53,496 nucleotides of DNA from an uncultured Methanospirillum sp. (GTDB lineage Archaea > Halobacteriota > Methanomicrobia > Methanomicrobiales > Methanospirillaceae). The translations under genes and the position numbers were made by a program. The notes below the pieces were generated by a model. It saw only the letters and a list, made by a program, of their open reading frames with translations, searched no databases and had not been told where the DNA came from. Below, piece after piece: positions 1 to 7,988 of the stretch; positions within the stretch are counted from its first letter, which is position 1; every line of letters begins with the position of its first letter. Where the stretch lies: the NCBI GenBank assembly GCA_964637135.1, contig CAZWTX010000016.1, positions 1 through 53,496 on the forward strand. Direction: 5' to 3'.

Positions 1-51
1 CGCTAAGATCTTAGATCTTTCTATTTTCTACCAGAGGATCTCAACAGAGCC
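1..51 (-). mobile_element. Probable terminus of an insertion sequence or MITE (IS5 family, IS903-group-like inverted repeat) inserted in the dehydrogenase gene; continues beyond the window
   Basis: On the minus strand, dehydrogenase homology stops after ...NEIGNI. The sequence then reads GGCTCTGTTGAGATCC, resembling the IS903 terminal repeat GGCTTTGTTG, and a stop codon follows 7 codons later. Confidence 0.6.
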
Positions 52-747
52 GATATTTCCAATCTCATTTGAGAATGAGATTTTTGTCGCTAAAAATGAA
101 TTTGCGGTATATTTAATCATCTCTGCAGCGGTGAGGGATGTCACCAGGATGGGAGCAACAAGAGGGGTATACAGATCCCGAAGAACCTGCTCTGCACGGG
201 TATCCGTGCACCCGATGATAACCCGGTCAGGATGGAGAAAATCTTCAATCGCTCTGCCTTCCCGGAGGAACTCCGGGTTCATACAGAATCCCTGTGTCTC
301 GTATGTCCTGCCTGAATGCTGTAAAACCGCAGGCATCACGATCTGCTCAGTCGTTCCCGGAGGGACTGTGCTCTTCACGGTTACCACGTGATATCCATCC
401 TTTCTGGCAAGGGCTTTTCCAATAGATTCAGCTGCAGAGCGGATATACTGAAGGTTGGATGACCCGTCAGGGTTTGGTGGCGTTCCGACACATATTATGG
501 AGAGATCACCCTCAGTAATACTCTCATAGGAATCTGTTGCCCGCAATGTCTTTCCAATGGTGCTGGAAAGCATCTCAATGAGCCCCTCTTCGTATATCGG
601 AGGGATACCCTGGTTAATCATCGAGACTTTCTTTTCATCAACTTCTATTATCGTGACCGTATTTCCCAGGTGGGCAAAACAGGCTGCGGTTACCAGTCCG
701 ACATACCCTCCCCCGACAACGGAGACGGAAATTGGGTTTTGAGACAT
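28..747 (-). pseudogene. UDP-glucose/GDP-mannose dehydrogenase family, C-terminally truncated
   Basis: GGGYVG Rossmann motif, ICVGTP, VKSTVPPGT, NPEFLREG and AEMIKY..N.FLATKISFSNE are all present. The protein is only 239 aa and lacks the catalytic GxGGxC region and the C-terminal domain. Confidence 0.85.
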
Positions 748-1205
748 CCCTTATCAATGTTCTTTGTATTGGTTAATAACTCGGCCCCAGAGACATTCTC
801 AAAATTGGGGAAAGCCGTCGAATATTAAAATCCGTGTTCGGATGACTGATCCAACGACACCCCAAAAACCCCGGAAGGGAACCATGGACAGTGACCTGAA
901 ACCATCATGGAAGCAGAGACGATTCCATACGCTGATGGAACCAAAACATCCGGACATTCCGGCTCTGGTGAAACTTATCCTGAGGATTCTGATCATGAAG
1001 GCGTGTGCGGTAATCTGCATATGATCATGAGGTTTTGCAGAGGAAATTAACAGAGTTGATAATTCTAAAAGACTCCATCAACAAAACTTCCCTGGTGATA
1101 TCAGGTAATTCCGGCCTGAAATTAATGAACCAGCAGCATCCGGTTCTGCAGGCAGATCACCACTCGCCACATCATGGCATACTCTCAAAAAAACGAAAAC
1201 GAGAC

Positions 1206-2840
1206 CTATTGATGCATCCCCTCGTACCGCTCCGTAACATCCCTGACAGAATTTACCTCCCTCATATCCTTGTCATCTCGAATCCGGATAAACCTCGGGA
1301 ACCGGAGAGCATAGCCTCCCTCATAATTCGGGCTCTTCTGGATCTCCGAATACCCCACTTCGACCACGAGACGGGGTTCAAAAAAGACCATCTTCCCCTC
1401 GGTCCGGATCACCTCATCTTTCAGGGTTTCATAGAGCAACAGAAGATCCTCGTCTGAAAACCCGGTGGCAACCCGGCTGAGCGGGATGAAGTCATCCCCA
1501 TTCCCCGCACCGAGAAGAAATGAACCAAAAACCTTTGCACGTTTTCCTTCTCCCCATTCGGCACCGATGACCACGAGATCAAGCGTATCCACTTCCGGCT
1601 TGATCTTCACCCAGTCTTTTCCCCGGACACCCGGGGTATACTGCGAGGAGAGGACTTTGAGCATCACCCCTTCGTGACCGGCATCAAGGGCATCATGATA
1701 GTAGGTCTCTATCTCGTCCTCTATCTCGCTAACGAGCTGCGGGGTGACGAATTCCCTGACCGAAGAGACGAGGATCGCACGTCGCTCAGAGAACGGCCTT
1801 GTGATCAGCATCTCACCGTCCAGCCAGAGAAGATCAAAAAGATTTGGCTCCAGCCGGATCGTCTCGGTCATTCCGGCAACCCCGTGTTTGCGACGGAACC
1901 GGCGAAGCACATTCTGGAACGGCAATGGCCGTCCGTCCTGTACCGCGATCACCTCGCCATCCAGAATGACATCATGATCTACCACCGAATCCAGCATCGC
2001 GATCACATCGGGAAGGGCATCAGTCACATCCTCTAGTCTCCGGGAATAGATCCGGCATATACCATTCTTCTTGTGAAACTGGAACCGGGTTCCGTCATAC
2101 TTGTATTCGACTGCAACCTTTCCGCATTCGGCAAGAACGCCGGATATCGAACCCTGTTTTGCCAGCATCATCCGCACCGGTCTGAAAGGTTCCATCCGGA
2201 CTGAACGAAGGGACTCCTCGCCCTGCATAGACCTGACCGCCACGTCCCCCATGTCGTTAAGGATCTGCTGGGCGTATTCAACAAGAGCAACATCCCTGCC
2301 GAACGCCTTCGCGATTGCATCCCTGACATTCCCTTCCGCTACTCCTATCCGCATGTCCTCGAGCAGGATATTCGTGATATAATGCCCCTCTTGTGGAGTT
2401 GCATTGGAAAGGAGACGCTGTATCACCCGTATCTTGTCCTTCTGGGATCGTGAACCACCCATGCCTTCTATCTCAACGAATCCGTCATAGACCTCCTGAA
2501 GGGTGAGTTCGGCAGAGAAGAACGAGGTCTGGGACTTCTGGGAAAGGAGGGTCTCAACCGCCGCTCCGATATCCCCCACCCGGTTTAAGAGATCAATTAC
2601 GCTCTCACGTTTCTTCCCGGTTACGTATGCAACTGCTTCGTAGAGGAGATTCGGGCCGATACCAAGTTTCATCTGGCTCCATTCGGGAAACGGCTGCCCA
2701 AGGATCATCCTGATAAAAACGGGGAGATCGTCTTCCGAAAGACCGGCAATAACCCCGGAGAGGAGTTCTACCTTCTCGAGTCGGCCTGGTATCCCCTGGA
2801 GCCGGGCACATACAGAGGAAAAATCTGAAAACTGCATCAA
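1206..2840 (-). CDS. lig: ATP-dependent DNA ligase
   Basis: EYKYDG adenylation motif, LDGE, EGVMLK, WVKIK and C-terminal LRFPRF (OB fold). Confidence 0.97.
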   Translation of the reverse strand: MMQFSDFSSVCARLQGIPGRLEKVELLSGVIAGLSEDDLPVFIRMILGQPFPEWSQMKLGIGPNLLYEAVAYVTGKKRESVIDLLNRVGDIGAAVETLLSQKSQTSFFSAELTLQEVYDGFVEIEGMGGSRSQKDKIRVIQRLLSNATPQEGHYITNILLEDMRIGVAEGNVRDAIAKAFGRDVALVEYAQQILNDMGDVAVRSMQGEESLRSVRMEPFRPVRMMLAKQGSISGVLAECGKVAVEYKYDGTRFQFHKKNGICRIYSRRLEDVTDALPDVIAMLDSVVDHDVILDGEVIAVQDGRPLPFQNVLRRFRRKHGVAGMTETIRLEPNLFDLLWLDGEMLITRPFSERRAILVSSVREFVTPQLVSEIEDEIETYYHDALDAGHEGVMLKVLSSQYTPGVRGKDWVKIKPEVDTLDLVVIGAEWGEGKRAKVFGSFLLGAGNGDDFIPLSRVATGFSDEDLLLLYETLKDEVIRTEGKMVFFEPRLVVEVGYSEIQKSPNYEGGYALRFPRFIRIRDDKDMREVNSVRDVTERYEGMHQ

Positions 2841-2844
2841 TGCA

Positions 2845-3702
2845 TCAGAGCTCGAATGAATATTGCCAGCATTTATCCGTGCACCGTTCCCTGCATTTCT
2901 GTGGCTCCTTTCTTACCGGATAACATTCTTCCCCCTCGACCGATGAAGCCGCAAAGAGTTCGACATGATCGGCATGAAACGAGAGGCTTTCCTGTGCCTG
3001 CCTGAGGGCAAGGTCAGGAGTGTTGTTCTCCTCTGAAAGATGGGCCAGTACTGCCAGGTGAAGAGAATCGGAGAGTGTTCTGAGCACACAGCAGGCGTCA
3101 TGGTTGGAGAGATGTCCTTTCGGTGAAGCAATCCGGCGTTTCAGAAATGCCGGGTACGGCCCGGTCCGGAGCATATCAGGACAATGGTTTGACTCAAGCA
3201 CCAGGCCGTCTGCCTGCCTCAGATATTCCATCATGGAACCGGTCACCACTCCGGTATCAGTGCAGTAACAGAGCCTGGTTGATCCTTCCTCGAGGAGATA
3301 CCCGCATGGCTCACTGGCATCATGCGAAACGGCGAACGGGGTGATGGTAAACCCGGCTGCTTCAAAGGAGGAATCCGGCCTGACTGCCTGTAATGGGAAT
3401 TTCAGGGGGCGGGTTACCGTTCTCTGGTATGCATCAAGGGTTCCAGCCGTACCATATACCGGCTTTTGCAGCCGGTTGCCAAGGGCAGTCAGCCCGCTGA
3501 TATGGTCCCCGTGTTCATGGGTTACGAGCACCCCCTCGATGGGACACGAATCCCCGCCAGACTCGGCAAGCCGTCCGCCCCCGTTCTTCGTTCCAAGGAT
3601 CTCCCGGGCAGAACGGCCGGCATCAATGAGGAGGGCGCTGGACGTTCCTTCGATACAGACACAGTTGCCCTTGCTTCCGCTGGCAAGGACGGTTATTCGC
3701 AT
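2845..3702 (-). CDS. MBL-fold metallo-hydrolase (YycJ/WalJ-like)
   Basis: LASGSKGN, THEHGDH, SHDA, ESNH, GHLSN and HLSEENN motifs. Start placed at MRITVL (3702). Confidence 0.88.
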   Translation of the reverse strand: MRITVLASGSKGNCVCIEGTSSALLIDAGRSAREILGTKNGGGRLAESGGDSCPIEGVLVTHEHGDHISGLTALGNRLQKPVYGTAGTLDAYQRTVTRPLKFPLQAVRPDSSFEAAGFTITPFAVSHDASEPCGYLLEEGSTRLCYCTDTGVVTGSMMEYLRQADGLVLESNHCPDMLRTGPYPAFLKRRIASPKGHLSNHDACCVLRTLSDSLHLAVLAHLSEENNTPDLALRQAQESLSFHADHVELFAASSVEGEECYPVRKEPQKCRERCTDKCWQYSFEL

Positions 3703-3740
3703 AAGTACTAGTTGCACATCAGCCTACATATCCCTACCAG

Positions 3741-5114
3741 ATGACCATGACATCATGGAACGCCCGGCTCAGGGAGATGATCCCGTCGATCCGTTCCGAC
3801 CTCGTCGCAGCAAACCCGGCTGCACGGCCTGGCACTGACTCGTGGCTTGTCGCTTCACCCGATCACCAGGATCTCCATTTTGCCATCCTGGTGACAATCC
3901 CTACCGATCTCGCCGGATCGATCCCACATCCTGATGCCTTTCCCGGATCAGTTCAGGCAATTATCGAGTATGGAAAAGAACAGGCACGACGGAATCCGGC
4001 TCTTGGGATCCTGTACGGGCAGCATACGACCGGGCAGGGGAGGTACATGGCTCATCTTGAACCCTGCACAGTTGCCCACTCTCCCTCCTCCCTTGGTGCC
4101 GGCCTCTGGCATCCTGATGACCGTAATTACCTCGACAGCACCGGGCTGCATCTCACCATTCTGGGAGCGGTTCCGTACCGTGAGCCCTCCCCGTCCAACC
4201 AGGAAGAACTGACCGGGATATTCGCCGGGTTTATCCATGATCTTGCCGGTTGCCTGCTCAAAACCCCGGAGAGCCGGGTGCGACACGGATGGCAGACCGT
4301 GTGGGACCAGCAGGCAGTGCGGGAAGAACTCGGCAGGACGAATATGACCTGTTTCATCGCGGACGGGACCCGGGCCCCCCGTGACTACACGAGGTACCGC
4401 AGCTGGTTCCGGGTTGCCGGGCCGAAGAAAGGAGTTCTTATTCCGTTCACCTGTCCGGAGGAGACCGGGCCGGCTGAATGGTATCTCCCGGGTACGAACC
4501 GGACGGTCACCGGGTGTGCCCTACGTAGGGGTGAGGTCTTTGCCATTACCGGGTCAAATGCAGAAGGGAAAACATCGCTGCTCCAGGCGATCATCGCCGG
4601 TGAGGATGATCATGCCCCGGGAGACGGGAGGGAAGGAGTTATCACCGTACGGGGGGGCGTGGCTCCTGACGCAACCAATATCGATCTCAAAGGGGTGGAT
4701 CTGACCCCGTATTTCAGGGCAATCCCCCCGGGAATGAGTGGAAATCCCTCGTCGGCATCAGGACAGGGAAGCGGCTCTGCATCGATGGCATTCCGTCTGA
4801 ATACTGCTACCCGGCACAAGGCTCCGTATATCCTGATCGATGAGGATCGGGCTGCCCATAACCTACTGGTCCCCTGTTTCATGACCGGGGAGGATATCTG
4901 TCCTCTTTCAACCCTTCTTGCAGTGAACAGGGAGTTCTTCGAAGATACCTCTCTCATCATTGCCGGAACTGGGATGGAAGACCTGATTGCCCGGGCAGAT
5001 CGGATTATCCGGCTTGAAAACCACGCTGCGACCGCCATCTCTCCTGATGCATATCTCGCCGGCCTTGCAGCATTTTATAACGAGCGTATCAGGGAATTAA
5101 GCCGGCAGGGATAG
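3741..5114 (+). CDS. Predicted ABC-class ATPase domain protein (COG3044-like)
   Basis: Walker A-like GSNAEGKTS, DHAPGDGRE, GSGSASMA and Walker B ILIDED. Confidence 0.75.
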   Translation: MTMTSWNARLREMIPSIRSDLVAANPAARPGTDSWLVASPDHQDLHFAILVTIPTDLAGSIPHPDAFPGSVQAIIEYGKEQARRNPALGILYGQHTTGQGRYMAHLEPCTVAHSPSSLGAGLWHPDDRNYLDSTGLHLTILGAVPYREPSPSNQEELTGIFAGFIHDLAGCLLKTPESRVRHGWQTVWDQQAVREELGRTNMTCFIADGTRAPRDYTRYRSWFRVAGPKKGVLIPFTCPEETGPAEWYLPGTNRTVTGCALRRGEVFAITGSNAEGKTSLLQAIIAGEDDHAPGDGREGVITVRGGVAPDATNIDLKGVDLTPYFRAIPPGMSGNPSSASGQGSGSASMAFRLNTATRHKAPYILIDEDRAAHNLLVPCFMTGEDICPLSTLLAVNREFFEDTSLIIAGTGMEDLIARADRIIRLENHAATAISPDAYLAGLAAFYNERIRELSRQG

Positions 5115-5300
5115 GGGCTCCGGGATCTATTGAGAAGAATAGTGATACAACATCTAATAGAGAGTATGGAGAATTTCTCTATTGGAATGAACAGATAACT
5201 CCACCCTGATGAGTTCTCTTAAGCATATGGTTTCGAAGCATCGGTATAAAAACCACTTCTTCCCTGACAATCCGCTGTTTTTCCCTGGGGGGATGCACTG

Positions 5301-6113
5301 ATGACCCTGGTCAGACATTCCATTATGACAAAACTCACCGCCGGGTTTGTTATCCTGGTTTTTGTCATTTCCGGCCTTACGTTTCTCTTCACGTATTCTG
5401 CCTCCACCGAGGCAATCCAGCAGGCGACCCAGCAGGAACTGATCACCCTTGCCTCCCTGACCGCTGCAGATCTCAACGGCGACGAGATAGCAAAGCTCAG
5501 GACCGGAATGGAAACCGAGGTATTGTACCTCATGAATACCGAACAACTGGCTGATATGGCCGCCGCTGATCCTGCCATCATGAAGATCTACACGATCCGG
5601 ATGAACGGAAATGTCGCTGAATATACCCTTGACAGCGGTTACAATACCGGTCACAGGGATGTCAGAATCGGCACGCTGGTGGAGGAGCCGACCGTCGCGA
5701 TGCTCAGTTCATTCTCCCGTCCGGCTGTTGAAGATTCGTTTATTGTTCGTCCCTGGGGAGAGGTGCTCTCCGGCTATGCCCCGATTCACAATGCCACCGG
5801 CCATGTTATCGGGATCGTCGGGGTGGACATGAATGCCGAGATCGTGCAGGAACGGATGGATTTTGTCGGCCAGACGATCTATCTGATCATGCTGATCGGA
5901 ATCCTCGTCGCCGGGCTGATCATCGCCGTCTTTTCCCGTACCATGATCCGGGATATCCATATCCTGATCGACTCGGCAAATCGTATCAGCCGGGGTGATA
6001 CCGATGTTACTATTCCGGTGAAACGAAAGGACGAGATCGGAGAACTGGCATCATCGTTCAAACGGATGGTGACGAGCCTGAAGATTCTGATGCACAAGGA
6101 CTACCAGGAGTAA
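5301..6113 (+). CDS. Membrane receptor with extracellular Cache-like domain and C-terminal HAMP, no output domain
   Basis: Two hydrophobic segments flank a region with WGEVLSGYAPI...GIVGVD. A HAMP motif (DEIGELASSFKRM) ends about 10 aa before the stop. Confidence 0.85.
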   Translation: MTLVRHSIMTKLTAGFVILVFVISGLTFLFTYSASTEAIQQATQQELITLASLTAADLNGDEIAKLRTGMETEVLYLMNTEQLADMAAADPAIMKIYTIRMNGNVAEYTLDSGYNTGHRDVRIGTLVEEPTVAMLSSFSRPAVEDSFIVRPWGEVLSGYAPIHNATGHVIGIVGVDMNAEIVQERMDFVGQTIYLIMLIGILVAGLIIAVFSRTMIRDIHILIDSANRISRGDTDVTIPVKRKDEIGELASSFKRMVTSLKILMHKDYQE

Positions 6114-6133
6114 TGATCCTGCCGGGAGGTACC

Positions 6134-6364
6134 ATGAGTCAGACAGCAGATACGGTTCTGGAGATCGCGACCGAGTATCTTGGTCCGGCAGCCAGGACCC
6201 TCCTTGAACGCCAGACCCGATTCCACATGAATGGTCTCCAGTATAACGATATCGGGCCCGAGCATTGCGTGGACCTTGCAAAATGGGTGAAGATTGCATC
6301 GGCTATGTTTATAGAGACAGAATCAGCCGATGAACTCGCCGCAAGGATTTCCGGGATCAGATAA
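6134..6364 (+). CDS. Small helical hypothetical protein (76 aa), possibly STAC-like
   Basis: GGAGGT Shine-Dalgarno before ATG 6134; tightly packed between the receptor and kinase genes; YLGPAA helix-turn pattern. Confidence 0.75.
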   Translation: MSQTADTVLEIATEYLGPAARTLLERQTRFHMNGLQYNDIGPEHCVDLAKWVKIASAMFIETESADELAARISGIR

Positions 6365-6365
6365 C

Positions 6366-7988
6366 ATGACCGGGAATGGTTCGCCGGGAATAACCATCCT
6401 TCTCGTTGACGATGAGGAGATTCTCCGGGATCTCTCTCAGGTATACCTGGAACAGAAGTGTGGTATTCATGTTGATACTGCTGATTCTGCCAACCAAGCC
6501 ATTGCGATGATGAAAAAAAACCGGTACGATGTAATTGTCTCTGATTATGAAATGCCGGAAAAAAACGGAATTGATCTGCTCAGGGAGGTCCGGATGGTCT
6601 CTTCTGACCTGCCGTTTATCCTTTTCACGGGAAAAGGGAGGGAAGAGATAGCCGTTGAAGCATTCAACTGTGGTGTCACTTTCTATCTCCAGAAAGGGGG
6701 AGAGCCGGTGGCCCAGTTCACCGAACTAACCCACAAGATCACGCTTTCCGTGGATCAACTCCGAATGAGACGGCGGATGAGCCATCTCTACAGGATCTTC
6801 CAGGCACTGCTCAGAATCTCTGATGCTATTCATGAAGAAAATTCCATCGGTGATATCCTGCAGGAGATCTGCACCATCATAACCCGTGAACACGGGTATC
6901 GGAGCATCCGGATTATCCTTTTTGATGAGACCGGAAAGATCACTGCGGCACATGAGGACGGAATGGGAGAGCGGTTTTCAGCATTCATTGCATTCCTTAA
7001 GAGCGGGAACCGGACAACTTGTACGAAACAGGCCCTTTTAAACGAGAGAACCCCGTTAATCCGGAAACCCGATGCATCCTGCCAGAACTGCCCGCTCTAC
7101 CCCGATCATCTCGGACAGTTCTCCATGACGGCCAGGCTGGAACATGCAGGAGAGGTCTACGGGATCCTTTCGGTCACCACCGATTCTGACATTACTCATG
7201 ATCCTGATGAAGAAGCGATGTTCCGGGACCTGACCCGGTCTGTTGCGTATGCGATTCATCATCATGCCCTCAGGGATGAAAAGAATGCCGTGCAATCCCT
7301 TGTTGCCATGAATAAGAAACTTCATATCATCAATTCGATCACCCGTCATGACATCAGGAACCAGATGACAGCCATCTCCTCCTCGCTTGATCTACTCAGA
7401 CTTCGATCCGATCTTCCTTCTGATGTATACGAGATCATGAACCTGATGGAAGGGGCCGCCGGGAATATTCTTGAGCACCTGATCTTCTCAGAAATCTATC
7501 ACTCAATCGGGCTCCAGCAACCCCGATGGCTTGGAATGAGCGGTATAATCGGGGCAATTCGCGGAGCACATGTAATCAGCACAGTAACCCTGATTGATGC
7601 CACGAGCAGCCTTGAGATATACACTGACCCGATGTTTGGTAAGATCATCCTCAACCTGATCGATAATGCCATCATGCATGGGAGGAATGTCACGAATATC
7701 ACCGTCGACTTTATAGAAGGTGCTGACCGGGGAATTCTGATGATTACCGATGATGGTATGGGGGTTCCCATAGACGAAAAAGAACGCATATTCAAAAAAG
7801 GGGTTGGAAAGAATAGCGGAATGGGTCTCTACCTGACACGGGAGATCCTCTCCATCACCGGCATGACGATCCGGGAGACCGGGATATACGGAGATGGAGC
7901 ACGGTTTGAGATCTGTATCCCAAAAAATGGATACCGGCTGGCAGGAAAAGCTAAACGGATACCCTCTGGTCAGGTGAGGGCAGAATAA
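6366..7988 (+). CDS. Hybrid sensor: receiver (REC)-GAF-histidine kinase
   Basis: LLVDDE/SDYEMP/FTGKG receiver motifs, RHDIRNQ H-box, NLIDNA, DDGMG and GMGLYL boxes. Start taken at MTGNG, just after the upstream stop. Confidence 0.92.
   Translation: MTGNGSPGITILLVDDEEILRDLSQVYLEQKCGIHVDTADSANQAIAMMKKNRYDVIVSDYEMPEKNGIDLLREVRMVSSDLPFILFTGKGREEIAVEAFNCGVTFYLQKGGEPVAQFTELTHKITLSVDQLRMRRRMSHLYRIFQALLRISDAIHEENSIGDILQEICTIITREHGYRSIRIILFDETGKITAAHEDGMGERFSAFIAFLKSGNRTTCTKQALLNERTPLIRKPDASCQNCPLYPDHLGQFSMTARLEHAGEVYGILSVTTDSDITHDPDEEAMFRDLTRSVAYAIHHHALRDEKNAVQSLVAMNKKLHIINSITRHDIRNQMTAISSSLDLLRLRSDLPSDVYEIMNLMEGAAGNILEHLIFSEIYHSIGLQQPRWLGMSGIIGAIRGAHVISTVTLIDATSSLEIYTDPMFGKIILNLIDNAIMHGRNVTNITVDFIEGADRGILMITDDGMGVPIDEKERIFKKGVGKNSGMGLYLTREILSITGMTIRETGIYGDGARFEICIPKNGYRLAGKAKRIPSGQVRAE

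Noticed and set aside
750..1200. Short ORFs (764..1024 +, 799..1020 -, 1035..1457 +) in the gap between the dehydrogenase and ligase genes
   Set aside because: No recognisable motif or ribosome-binding signal, and one overlaps lig antisense. A small gene cannot be excluded but is not supported.
3570..3600. GTKNGGG insertion in the MBL hydrolase as a second intron
   Set aside because: It is in frame and no bulge-helix-bulge pairing was found; most likely a surface loop.
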